Assembly: GCA_030390025.1 (NCBI GenBank)
Contig: CM059433.1
Coordinates: forward strand, 12,836,001 to 12,900,000
Source: Squalus acanthias
Lineage: Eukaryota
Direction: 5' to 3'
Length of the DNA stretch: 64,000 bases
The number at the start of each line of letters is the position of its first letter. Positions within the stretch are counted from its first letter, which is position 1. Below are positions 39,920 through 51,921 of the stretch, piece by piece. A program made the position numbers and the translations under genes. The notes beneath the pieces are model-generated. The model saw nothing but the letters and a program-made list of their open reading frames with translations. It had not been told where the DNA came from and ran no database searches.

Positions 39920-40249
39920 CTTGCACCAGTGCATCCATATGGCTCCCAGATGCTTTGCTAGCTACCCTCCCACCCCACCCACCCACCCCACAACAACACC
40001 ACAAAGCAGCCCTACAATGACCAAGCCATTCCTGTCACCCAAACCCCCATTGCTGGAGGTTACGTAATGTCTCACCATTCACTCCAAGTGACAAAGCCAC
40101 TTCCCAGGTAGCAGGCAAAAATAGACAAGACGGGAAAGTTGTGCAAAGAAATAAATTTATGTGCGTCATAAATATAACTGAAACTTAACATTAACATTTT
40201 GTCATACACCCATGTGCATACCCTTGTGCATCTAGGATTGTGTCTTTTT

Positions 40250-42075
40250 TCATTTACGTGTGCTTCTACGAGGTGCAACCCCTGTGGCTTCAGCAGAGAT
40301 AGAGGCAGGCTGCTCACTTCCCTGCTGCGACTGCTTTGACACTTTTGGCAGATGTCCTCTGAGTTTTAGGGCCTGTGAGTGCCCCGCCAAAGACTGCTCC
40401 TCCTGCAACTGTGCAGGGGCAGACTCGGCCATCGGGATCCGAGGAAGCATCTGGGGCTCTGACTGAGGGGGAGGCAACGGGGGAGAATTGGGAGCACTTT
40501 GAAAAGAGCCCCCACTTCCATGTCCCCTCTCACCATCACCCCTCTCATGGGCCACTTGCACTTCCCTGCTAGCAAGGAGCTGGAGAGCACCCTGCTGCAC
40601 ATCAGTGGGGCGATGAACGCCCAAGTCTACATGAGGTCAATGAGTGTCTACAATCTGTTGTTCACAACAAGCATCTTCTCGTTGCACTGGCACATTAGCT
40701 GCTCCATGCAGGTGACCATCCTTTCCATGGAACAGCACATCGCCGCCATCGCCTGCGACATGGTGCTGCTCATGTTGGAGATGGACTCCTCCAATCTCTG
40801 TACAGTCGCACACATCACGGCTGCAAAAGCTGCCAGAGCCTCACGCAAATGTTGCTGCTACTCCAAGATCACCTTCTTTCTCGATGGCCCCCGAGGTTCA
40901 GCGTCTGCATGCAGCTCAGCAGAGCTTGGAGCGTCCTGGGCCCTCCAGCGAGGACTCTCCACTGCTGTCCCTGTCTCCATCGTCTGCTCTTGCTCACTTG
41001 TGATCAGTGAGACACCAGGTGACAACACTGCTCTATCTCTCACAGGACCCACCGAGGTGTGCGTATCTGTGCTGGTGCTGGGTGCGCTTGGGTCTGCTGA
41101 CGGTGCACCCTCAGAGACTGGCGCTTCCTCTGAGGAGTCGTCTTCCTCCTCCGGCTGGACAGTGGTGGGGTGGGGTGGGGGGGGGAGGCACTTGATGGAC
41201 CTGTGGGAGAGTAAAGAGATGAATTAGAAGTCTTATGATAAGAATGTGTAACGTTACAATTATGCACATGATGACATTTCACTGGCTGCTGACATCAGTC
41301 ACCACGAGTGACTGTTGTATTGCCCTGTGACTGTATCAGATTTCATTCTGTCACCAGGTTTCTGGGCTGTTCCCCCTCTCTCCATCTCCCACCGCCTGCA
41401 GCTCTGCAACTCCAGAGATTTCAAGCGCCTCCTCCTCTGCTGGAGTCAAATTGGTGATTATTGGAGGGCCACCTCCAGTTTTCTACCTCTCCCTGTTGTT
41501 CTGGGCTCTCTTCTCCTGCAAGGAGGGAAAGAAGAGAACTTTGAGTGAGAGTGATGGAATGAGTATAACATCTGTGGAGGGTGACTATGAGGGAATGGCG
41601 TGACATTGCCAAATGGCCTCCTTCTGTGATTTACTTCCGATGATTGCATTAGGATGAGGGTGAGTGTCAGTGGTGGTTAGTCAGATGGGGATGTGAGTAG
41701 GTGCGTAGACAGAGAGGGATGGGTGTACCTGCAAGATAGGTTGGTGTGAAGAGTGATGTGCAGGAGTAGGCTTGGGAAGGCAGAGTGATGGGGTTGGGAT
41801 GACAGGTACATCAGGATGTAGGTGAATGTGGCAATGCACTCACCTCTCCTGACCTCATGAGATCATTAAATCTTTTGCGGCACTGGATCCACGTCCGCCT
41901 CACGACATCTCTGCTGCTGACCTCCTCTGCGATCTCTAGCCATGCCCTCTTAGCGTCTCTGGCTGGTCTTTTGCGGCCATCCGCAGGGAAGTGGACCTCC
42001 CTGCGTACTCTGACTCCCTGGACCAGCGCTTCCAGGGAGGCATCAGGGAATCTGTCTGTGTGACTCCATGACCCA
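40250..42075 (-). pseudogene. Harbinger Myb/SANT-like gene, 3 exons, frameshifted
   Basis: RFPDASLEALV...AWLEIAEEV...RTWIQCRKRFNDL then gtgagt (exon 1 ends 41844); exon 2 41515-41355; exon 3 from 41200. Confidence 0.8.
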
Positions 42076-42917
42076 CACAAATCTCAGTAATAGGCAGCAA
42101 TTTGTAGCTCTCCCAAACACACTTATTTGTCCTACAACAACCTTCAACTGGGACGTGTGCAAGGCTGCTTTAAATATCTGCGCTGAAAACTAGTCATCAG
42201 TGACATCATCAGATCCGCTCCATTTAATTGGGCCGGGAAACCGGTAGACTGTTTCAATTGAAGCAATTGGGTTAAACGCGCAGTGCAGAACACGCTGTTG
42301 AAAAGTTCCGGATGGAACCCACTACGTGGCCCGCACGCACCCACCCCAATGCTCAGGTAAAGTTTCCGGCCCTTGTCATTGTAATTATCACATTGAATTG
42401 ACACAGCCCCTTCGTGTTTATCTAGTCTTCAGGTTGCACAACGATATGTATTCCATTAGACTGTGCGAATTAAGCTGCAAAGCACAAAGTCAAATTTATT
42501 ATGTTAAAATAAACTGGAACAGAAAATTAATACAGTAGATTTAATTTTATTACAGATGTTATAGAACAGAAGTCTAAAAAGATGGTTAAACATAAAGTGA
42601 GAGGAAATCCTATTAAATATGAGTTAAACTGTCTGTACAGCAATGCACACAGTGTCCGTAATAAAACAGGGGAGCTGGAGGCAATCATACATTGCGAGGA
42701 ACCAGACGTAGTAGGGGTTACTGAGACATGGCTACAGAAAAATCAGGACTGGGAATTAAACATTGCAGGGTATAACATATTTAGAAAAGATAGGGAGGGA
42801 AAAGGGGGAGGTGGAGTAGCTCTACTTATTAGGGATAACATAATGGCAGTAGAAAAAAGTGACGCAGATATCAGCAAGACAAAAATAGAATCCATGTGAA
42901 TAGAGATAAAAGATAAT

Positions 42918-43661
42918 GGCCCAAAAATTAGTGAGTGAGCCTTCGTGCGAGGGTAAGGCCTTCCCGCGATCTCTCACTGCGCGCTGGCTTTTTCAGTCCG
43001 AGCTCGCACGAACTTGATGTTCTGGACAGCAGCTGTGCAGGGCTTCCGTATCCCACAGGCGTAGTTAATTCGTGCGAGCTGTGGGATCACGTGACTCAGT
43101 TAGAGCCAATGGCAGCACACCATCTTTCATTCATAGCTTTCACAGCACGGCTGTGAAAGCTATGAATACTATACCCCCCCAAAAGAACAGCTAAACCTCA
43201 ATTAAATTTTTTTTAAAAACCATCACATTAATAAAATAAGTATAGTTAAATAAATTAACCATTTTAAACAAAAAATTAAATTTTTGAAAAAATTTAAAAT
43301 CTTTTAAAAAGTTCTAAAAATAAACTTACCTGTCTTTAAAGTCTCTAAAAAAGATATACCTGTTAAAAAAAATTCAAAATAATACTTAATTAAGTACTTA
43401 CCTTGTTAAAAGAGGGTCTTACACCTCCTTTCTTTATGTCTAAAATCTTCCATGCTTACCTGCGCGTCCAAAGCACTAAGTGCACTGCGTGCGCGCAGCC
43501 TGTAGCGCGCACGCGGTTCACTTAGGAACTGCCCCCTTTTGAATTCACCAAGTGCCGGTTTTCAGCGCATGCACAGTGCATGCAGAAAACCGGCAATTGG
43601 AGACAGAATACCCGAGAGTACACAGTGCGTACTCTCGCATAGCGACATTAATTTTTGGGCC
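42918..43661. mobile_element. Harbinger-type MITE, 744 bp, AT-rich core
   Basis: TIRs GGCCCAAAAATTAGTG/CATTAATTTTTGGGCC; TSD AAT. Removing it restores CR1 IEIKDNKGSITLIGIVYRPP. Confidence 0.9.
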
Positions 43662-45150
43662 AATAAAGGATCAATCACACTAATAGGCATAGTCTACAGA
43701 CCACCTAATAGTGGAAAGGAGGTGGAGGAAGAAATATGCAGATAAATTAGGGAAATGAGTAAAAAACATAGAATAATAATCATGAGGGATTTCAACTACC
43801 CCGATATTAATTGGACAGAAGAGGAAGGTAAAGGGGATAAGGGAATGGAGTTCTTACAATGTGTACAGGACTCATTTCTAACCCAATATGTAAAAAGCCC
43901 AACAAGGGAGGATTCGATATTACATCTAGTAATGGGGAATGAACCAGAGCAGATAAGAGTAGTAAAGGTAGGGGAACATATAGGCAATAGTGACCATAAT
44001 ATAATACGCTTTAAGATGATAATTGAGAAGGACATAAGTATGATGAAAACCAGGTTAATAGATTGGAGAAAAGCTGATTTTGAGGGGCTGAGAATAGAAC
44101 TTGGGGAAAAAAAGGGCAACAATATTGGCAAACAATGTGGGAAACATTTAAAACGGTGTTCAACAGAGTGCAGGAAAAATATATTCCACTAAGAGGAAAG
44201 AACAAACTAAACAATAATGAGACTCCATGGATGAATAAAGCCATAAGGGAACAATTGAGGGTAAGGAAAGAGGCATACATTAAGTACATAGACAGCGGGG
44301 GAGTGCATGATAAGAGAGCATATGAAAAGATTAGGAGAGAAGTCAAAAAAACAATTAGGGAGGCAAAGAGGAACTAGGAAATTAAATTATCAAGGAACAT
44401 AAAACAAAATAATAAAATATTTTATCGGCACATCAATAAAAAAAGGAAGGTTGGGATGGGAATAGGGCCATTAAGGGATAGTCAGGATAATACCACAGGT
44501 AACGATAGCGAGATGGCAGAAATATTAAATAATTATTTTGCTTCAGTATTTACCAGGGAGCTAGAACAGGTGGACATGACATTGGATGATGAGATTAGTA
44601 ATGAGATAAGTGCATTTAAAATAAAAAAAGGAGATATATTAAATAAATTAATCAAACTCAAAGAGGATAAAACCCCTGGTCCAGATGTATTGCATCCACG
44701 CATTTTAAAAGAATCTAGGGAAGAGATAGCAGAAGCATTACTACACATATTTAATAATTCATCAGAAAAAGGTATAATGCTAGAGGACTGGCGGATAGCT
44801 ACCGTAATACCGATATTTAAGAAGGGGGATAGAACATGTCCAGGGAATTATAGACCAGTCAGCTTAACATCGGCGGTAGGAAAAATAATGGAATCCCAAC
44901 TAAAGGAGAAAATAGAAGAACATCTAGAAACTAAAAATATAATATTGAATAGTCAGCATGGATTTCAAAAGTGAAAGTCTTACTTGGCCAACCTTATTTG
45001 TTTTTTTTGAAGAGGTAACAGAGAGAGTAGACAATGGTAATGCAGTAGATGTAATTTATCTGGATTTTCAAAAGGCCTTCGATAAGGTACCCTATAATAG
45101 ACTGATGAACAAGGTCAGAGAATGTGGAGTCAGGGGACAAGTAGCAGAAT

Positions 45151-45346
45151 TAATGTCTCTTTATCTCCCCTTTTGTTCCTTTATCCCCTCCCCCTTTTCC
45201 CAGCTTTATCCTGGCCTTAAATCTATTTGATTTCCGGCTCTTTCCAGTTCTGACGAAAGGTCATCGACCTGAAACGTTAACTCTCTTTCTCTCTCCACGG
45301 ATGTTGTCTGGCCTGCTGAGTTTTTCCAGCGTTTTCTGTTGTTATT
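45151..45346 (+). mobile_element. 196-bp Penelope family-1 pLTR insertion
   Basis: Near-identical to the reverse complement of ~23750-23950; 9-bp TSD TAGCAGAAT. Removing it restores CR1 GQVAEWIAGWL. Confidence 0.9.
45246..45282 (+). ncRNA. Minimal hammerhead ribozyme (sense to MYT1L)
   Basis: AGTT-CTGACGA-A-AGGTC-ATC-GACCT-GAAA-CGTT-AACT; stems I and II fully paired. Confidence 0.82.
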
Positions 45347-46956
45347 TAGCAGAATGGATTGCTGGCTGGCTTTAGGACAGAAAGCAGAGAGTAGGAGTAA
45401 AGGGTAGCTATTCACAGTGGCAGAAGGTAGGTAGTGGTGTTCCACAAGGATCAGAGCTGGGACCACTGCTGTTCACAATTTACATTAACGATTTAGACTT
45501 TGGAATCAAAAACACAATTTCTAAATTTGCGAATGACACCAAATTGGGGGGTGGATAGTCAATACTGAGGATGACTGCAACTAGTTACAGGAGGACATTA
45601 ATAAACTTGCAGAATGGGCATATAATTGGCAAATGAAGTTCAACACAGATAAATGTGAGGTATTACATTTTGGTAGGAAGAATAGGGAGGTCACTTATCA
45701 CTTGGAGGGTGCGAGTCTAGGTGGGGTAGAGGAACAAAGGGATCGCGGAGTACAAATACACAAATCACTAAAAGTTGCGATGCAGGTTAGCAAGGCCATA
45801 AAAAAAAGCAAACCAAGCACTAGGGTTTATTTCTAGAGGGATAGAATTGAAAAGTAGGGAAGTTATGCTAAACTTGTATTGAACCTTGGTTAGACCACAC
45901 TTAGAGTACTGCATACATTTCCGGTCGCCATATTATAAAAAAGGATATAGAGGCACTGGAGAGAGGGCTGAGAAGATTTACAAGGATGATATCAGAAATG
46001 CGAGGGTATAACTATCAGGAAAGGATGAACAGGCTGGGTCTCTTTTCTCTTGAAAAAGAAGGCTGAGTGGTGACCTAATAGAGGTCTTTAAAATTATGAA
46101 AAATTTTGATAGAGTGGATACAGAGCGAATGTTTCCACTTGTGGGGAAGAGCATAACTAGAGGCCATCAATATAAGATAGTCACCAAGAAATCCAATAGG
46201 GAATTCAGAAGAAACTTCTTTACCCAAAGAGTGGTGAGAATGTGGAACTCGCTACCACAGGGAGTGGTTGAAGCGAATAGTATGGATGTATTTAAGGGGA
46301 GGCTGGACAAGCATGAGGGAGAAGGGAATAGAGGGTTACGCTGATAGATTTAGATGAGGAAAGACAGGAGGAGGCTCGAGTGGAGCATAAACGCCGGCAT
46401 GGACTGGTTGGGCCGAATGGCCTGTTTCTGTGCCGTATATCCGATGTAATGTATGTAATTCTATGTAATGTATGTAATTCTATGTTTAACTTACGCAAAA
46501 AAAAAAATAAATACGCTACACCGAACTCAGTAATTCTAGATCTGGGTCACGGGCCGTAACATAAAATGTATACATGAAGTTTTATCTAACCACCACAGAT
46601 CCTCCAGCCTCTATCTTCATGGTCTCAGAAATTCCGAAGAGCCGTAACAGGCTGCTGAAATCTCTTTCTCTCTGACTGCCGTCCATAAGCCATTCCCACA
46701 GAGACAGCTGGTGGGCCATTCCCTGCTGTGAAAAGCTCTGCTACTCCATGGCACTTCCCACAGGCATCTAGACTGTCAATCCACACTCTGAAATGCCACC
46801 CAGCCTGAACCACGCAAGAGGGGCCAAACACAAATCTATTTCCACATGGCACCAAGCATTTTACTCTGATCGTTTTCATTGTAAAGGAAGCAGTTTGTGT
46901 TAAGCGGCATCTATTTGCTTTGTAATCAAAATACATTTGCACACAAAAAATGCAAT

Positions 46957-49503
46957 GGCCGCGATTTTGCCGGCCGGCACTCAGAGGGCGGGTTCGGAGG
47001 CGGGTCAGCTGTTAAAGTCGCAATAATTGACGGCAGGTCAGAAACCCGCCGCGATCCCGCCTCCGTGTGAGTTTCAAGAGTGTCGGGTCTGCAATTTCAC
47101 AACAGACCTGACACCAAGCGGCGGGTGAGGGATTTAAGGCACTTAACTCCTTGTAAAGTGCTTGTTAACTGCTATTTTGACAGCCTTTTCCTATTTTACC
47201 ACATTTTCAACGGGTTTCACGACGTTCGGAGATCACGCCAGGTAAGTATCTCGGGAGGACCAACGAGCTGGAAACCTCACAGCTGCAACTGCAGTCTAAA
47301 AGCTGCACTCTCACATCATACAACATTAATTTATTCCAACAGAATAAAAGAACAGAAACTTAACATTGATTTCTAGCAGAGCACCCAAGTGAGAACCCTT
47401 GTGATTATTTATGTGTCAGCTTTCTCTTACATGTGCTTCTACGTTGTGCTACCCCTGTGGTTTCAGCAGATGTAGAGACAGCCTGCTCACTTCCCTGCTG
47501 CGCCTGCTTAGACGCCTTTGGCGGTCGTCCTCTGGATTTTGGAGCCTGGGAAGACCCCGCCAAAGTTTGCTCCTCCTGCGGCTGCACAGGGGCAGACTCG
47601 GCCATCACTGCTCGGGGAGTCATCTGGAGCTCTGACCGAGGGGTTGGCAAAGGGATAGAAGTTTGAGCGCTTGGAGAAGAGCCCCCACTTGCATGTCGCC
47701 TGCTGCCATCATCCCTCTCATGGGCCACCCGCACTTCTCTGCTAGCAAGTAGCTGGAGAGCACCTTGCTGCACATCAGTGGGACCATGAGGACCCGTCTC
47801 TGTACTGACGGTCCTCATAACGGGAACGTCCATGGACCTCTGGTTCCTCTCCACGATAGATGCCCATCTATCCTCCATAGTTGACCATCTATTTAGAAGA
47901 GTTACCAAGTTGTCTTGAGTCTGGCGATTTATGTCCTCCATGGAGGTTGCCATCCTTTCCATGGCGGTACCTACATTCGACATTGCGTGCACCACGCATT
48001 GCTCATGTTTGACATGGACTCCTCCATTCTCTGCACACTCACAGTTATTGTGGTTGCAAACCCTGTCAGAGCCTCCTGCACTTGTTCCTGAAGTTCCAGC
48101 ACCGCTCTATTTCTGGATGGCCCCCGAGGCTCAGCGTCGACATGCAGCTGAGCAGAGCTAGGAGCGCCCTGCGCCCTCCGACGAGGACTTCCACTACTGT
48201 CCCTGTCTCCACCATCTGCTCTTGCTCACTCGTGAGTTATGATACACCAGGTGACAACACTACTCTATCTCGCATAGGACCCACCGAGGTGTGCGTCTCT
48301 GCGCTGGTGCTGGGTGCGCTCATTTCTGCTGACGCTGCTCCCTCAGAGGATGCAGCATCCTCTGAGGAGTCCTCCGGCTCTTCCTCCAGGGCAGTAGGGA
48401 TTGATGAGCATTCATTTTCTATTGACATCAGATGCCATATGTGTCACTCATGAAAGCCAAATATGATGGATGGAGAAGCATTCTGTCACCAGGTTGTTCT
48501 ACTGAGCCCCTCTCTCCGTCCCCAACTTCGAGCTGTTCCACTGATCCCACAATGTCGAGAGCGGCCTCCTCAGCGTGGGTGTGCTGTGAGTACGATCGTG
48601 GTCCTCCTCCTGTTCTCGCCCTCTCCCTCTTATTGTGGGCTCTCTTTTCCTGCAATGAGGGAAAGAAGTGGATTTTCAGTGAGAGTGATGGAATGAGTGT
48701 AAAGAATGGATAGGACAGATGTTTAGAGGGAGACTATGATGGAGTGGGTTCCCATTAACAAGTTCCCTCCTTTTGAGTTGTTAGTTGTTGTCATTGCTTA
48801 ACGATGAGGGTGGGTGTGAGGGGTGCATAGTTAGATGGGGAAGTGATTCTGTAGATGGGGAGAGAGGGATGGGTGATGGTGCAAGGGATGTTGGGGTGAG
48901 TTAGGATGTGCAGGAGTAGGGATGGCAATGCAGAGTGATGGGGATGTGATGACAGGCACAGCAGGATTAAGGTAAGTGAGCTTTTATACTCACTTTTCCA
49001 GAGCGCAGGAGATCATTGAACCTTTTCCTACATTGGACCCAGGTGCGTCTATATACAGACCTGGCACTGACCTCCTCAGCTATTTGCAGCCAGGCTGCAT
49101 TTGCCTGCTGAGGAGGTCTCCTCCTTCCATCAGCTGGGTACAGGACCTCCCGCCGTCCTCTGACTCCCTCCACAAGAACATGGAGGGCGTCATCGTTGAA
49201 GCGGGGAGCAGCCTTTGGTCTCTCTGCAGACATCGTGGAGAGCACCAGCACTCGGGAGCGTCAGAAACGAAGTGGGAGCCAATGGGGACACGGCCCCCTT
49301 AAATACACCGGCTGCAAACGCGTCAGCAGAGCAGCTCAGCGGACCCGCACCTTGTGATCAGGGCGGGTAACGCGCACGGCGGGCTTAACCAGCCCAATTA
49401 ACAGAAAATTGTGTCAGCAGGCCGGCTGGAGCCGGGAGCGGGACCGGAACCCGCCGACTAACATTCCCGACGACAACCCGCCTCCAATTGAAAAATCCAG
49501 CCC
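46957..49503 (-). mobile_element. Non-autonomous Harbinger carrying only the Myb/SANT gene, 2547 bp
   Basis: TIRs GGCCGCGATTTT/AAAATCCAGCCC; TSD AAT; no transposase sequence seen. Confidence 0.85.
47405..49233 (-). pseudogene. Harbinger Myb/SANT-like gene, 3 exons
   Basis: Exon 1 (49233-48994) MSAERPKAAPRFNDDAL...AWLQIAEEV...RTWVQCRKRFNDLLRSGK then gtgagt; exon 2 (48649-48490) EKRAHNKRERARTGGG; exon 3 from ~48391 has an apparently mutated acceptor and frame disruption. Confidence 0.78.
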
Positions 49504-49700
49504 AATTTCTCTGACCTGTTCTTCCACAATATCACTTCTGGTCACCCACAATAAATTTTGGATTTTATCCCACCGTACGGACATCAAAATGACCAACTAC
49601 ATCTCATAAATAGTTTTTTTTTTAAATAAGTAGGCTTTCTTATAATTTAAAATGAGAAGTCGCACAACACCAGGTTATAGTCCAACAGATTTATTTAATT

Positions 49701-49738
49701 TTACAAGCTTTCGGAGCTGTCGCTCCTTCGTCAGGTAA
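49701..49738 (-). ncRNA. Minimal hammerhead ribozyme (family 2)
   Basis: TTAC-CTGACGA-A-GGAGC-GACA-GCTCC-GAAA-GCTT-GTAA. Confidence 0.82.
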
Positions 49739-49986
49739 GTTAGCAATGAGAGAATCTCCCAGAATTCACAATTTAAACCCAGACAAAATCTATTCACATT
49801 ATTCGCTACAACAAAGAGCACAGCCAAGACAATGAGATGTGTCCCAGGGGGTCCAACGTGTCAAACCACCTGCTGGCTGCATATCCTGTCAATTTGTGTT
49901 CTTGTGTTAGCCTTTTTTAAAAAAAAACCAAAACCAAAAAAAAAAACCAAAAAAAAACACCTGGGAAGACCGGCCATGATGTCAAG

Positions 49987-51921
49987 TCACGTTCTGTATC
50001 GTGACATGAACCCGATATCGCGATTGAGGCCATCCTCATGAGTGCGGAACTTGGCTATCAGTTTCTGCTCTATGATTTTGCGCTGTCGTGTATCTCGAAG
50101 GCCGCCTTGGAGAACGTTTACCCGCAGATCCGAGGCTGAATGCCCCTGGCTGCTGAAGTGTTCCCCGACTGGGAGGCAACCCTCCTGCCTGGCGATTGTT
50201 GCGCGGTGTCCGTTCATACGTTGTCTCAGTGTCTGCATGGTCTCGCCGATGTACCATGCTCTGGAGCATCCTTTACTGCAACGTATCAGGTAGACAACGT
50301 TGGCCGAGTCACATGAGTATGTACCGTGTACCTGGTGGGTAGTGTCCTCACGTGTAATGATGGTATCTGTGTCCATGATTTGGCATGTCTTGCAGAGGTT
50401 GCCGTGGCAGGGTTGTGTGGTGTCTTGGTTGCTGTTCTCCTGAAAGATGGGTAATCTGCTGCGAACGATGGTACTTTTGAGGTTAGGCGGCTGCTTGAAG
50501 GCGAGTAGTGGAGGCGTGGGGATGGCCTTAGCAAGGTGTTCGTCGTCATCGATGACATGTTGAAGGCTGCGAAGAACATGGCGTAGTTTTTCCGCTCCGG
50601 GGAAGTACTGGACGACGTAGGGTACTCTGTTGGTTGTGTCCCGTGTTCGTCTTCTGAGGAGGTCTATGCGGTTTTTCGCTGTGGCCCGTCGGAACTGTCG
50701 ATCGACGAGTCGAGCGTCATATCCCGTTCTTACGAGAGCGTCTTTCAGTGTCCGTAGGTGTCCATCGCGTTCCTCCTCGTCTGAGCAGATCCTGTGTATT
50801 CGCAGGGCTTGTCCATAGGGGATGGCTTCTTTAACGTGGTTAGGGTGGAAGCTGGAGAAGTGGAGCATCGTGAGGTTGTCCGTGGGCTTGCGGTAGAGTG
50901 AAGTGCTGAGGCGTCCGTCTTTGATGGAGATTCGTGTGTCCAAGAATGAAACCGATTCTGAGGAGTAGTCCATGGTGAGTTTGATGGTGGGATGGAACCT
51001 GTTGATGCTATCGTGTAGTCCTTTCAGTGATCCTTCGCCGTGGGTCCAAAGGAAGAAGATGTCGTCGATGTATCTGGTGTACAGCGTTGGTTGGAGGTCC
51101 TGTGCAGCGAAGAAGTCTTGCTCGAACTTGTGCATGAAGATGTTGGCGTATTGGGGTGCGAATTTGGTCCCCATGGCTGTTCCGTGTGTTTGGGTGAAAA
51201 AATGGTTGTCGAAGGTGAAGACATTGTGGTCAAGGATGAAGCGGATGAGTTGTAAGATGGCGTCCGGAGATTGGCTGTTGTTGGTGTTGAGTACTGAGGC
51301 TGTCGCAGCGATGCTGTCATTGTGGGGGATATTGGTGTAGAGTGCCGATACGTCCATTGTGACGAGGAGTGTTCCTGGTTCAACTGGTCCATGGGTGCTG
51401 AGTTTCTGCAAGAAGTCTGTAGTGTCGCGACAGAAGCTGGGGGTTCCCTGTACGATGGGTTTCAGGATGCCCTCGACGTACCCAGAGAGGTTCTCACACA
51501 GGGTTCCGTTGCCTGATACGATAGGGCGTCCGGGTGTGTTGGCTTTGTGTATCTTTGGGAGGCAGTAAAAGTCTCCTACGCGGGGAGTACGTGGAATGAG
51601 AGCGCGTAGGATGTTTTGAAGGTCTGGATCGAAGGTCTTGATCAGTCTATTGAGTTGGCGGGTGTGTTCTTTGGTCGGATCTGCGGGTAGCTGTCTGTAG
51701 TGTTCCTGGTTGTCCAGTTGTCGGTATGCTTCTTTGCAATAGTCCGTTCTGTTCTGTATGACGATGGCTCCTCCTTTGTCCGCTGGTTTGATGACGATGT
51801 TGCGGTTGGTCTTGAGTGCGTGGATGGCGTTGCGTTGTGCTCGGGTGACATTCTGGACTGTCTTGTGAGTACGGCTGATGAATCTGGCGTTGATGCATTT
51901 CCTGACAGCTTGAGCATACAT
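49987..51921 (-). CDS. PLE reverse transcriptase + GIY-YIG endonuclease, 644 aa open
   Basis: IKPADKGG, LPKIHK, AMGTKFAP, RYIDD, CHGNLCKTC, VVYLIRC...YIGET...RMNGH. Confidence 0.88.
   Translation of the reverse strand: MYAQAVRKCINARFISRTHKTVQNVTRAQRNAIHALKTNRNIVIKPADKGGAIVIQNRTDYCKEAYRQLDNQEHYRQLPADPTKEHTRQLNRLIKTFDPDLQNILRALIPRTPRVGDFYCLPKIHKANTPGRPIVSGNGTLCENLSGYVEGILKPIVQGTPSFCRDTTDFLQKLSTHGPVEPGTLLVTMDVSALYTNIPHNDSIAATASVLNTNNSQSPDAILQLIRFILDHNVFTFDNHFFTQTHGTAMGTKFAPQYANIFMHKFEQDFFAAQDLQPTLYTRYIDDIFFLWTHGEGSLKGLHDSINRFHPTIKLTMDYSSESVSFLDTRISIKDGRLSTSLYRKPTDNLTMLHFSSFHPNHVKEAIPYGQALRIHRICSDEEERDGHLRTLKDALVRTGYDARLVDRQFRRATAKNRIDLLRRRTRDTTNRVPYVVQYFPGAEKLRHVLRSLQHVIDDDEHLAKAIPTPPLLAFKQPPNLKSTIVRSRLPIFQENSNQDTTQPCHGNLCKTCQIMDTDTIITREDTTHQVHGTYSCDSANVVYLIRCSKGCSRAWYIGETMQTLRQRMNGHRATIARQEGCLPVGEHFSSQGHSASDLRVNVLQGGLRDTRQRKIIEQKLIAKFRTHEDGLNRDIGFMSRYRT

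Larger units (their letters stand above)
38290..42372. mobile_element. PIF/Harbinger element with convergent transposase and Myb genes (left TIR not found)
   Basis: Right end AAAGTTTCCGGCCC; both genes present. Confidence 0.82.
42560..46485 (+). mobile_element. CR1 LINE with near-complete decayed ORF2 and two insertions
   Basis: EN motifs CLYSNAHS, GVTETWL, YRPP, DFNYP, GNSDHN; RT motifs; (TGTAATTCTA)n-like tail. Confidence 0.92.

Noticed and set aside
48967..49251. Host NAIF1/MSANTD gene
   Set aside because: Enclosed by TIRs and a TSD; homologous to the other transposon copies.
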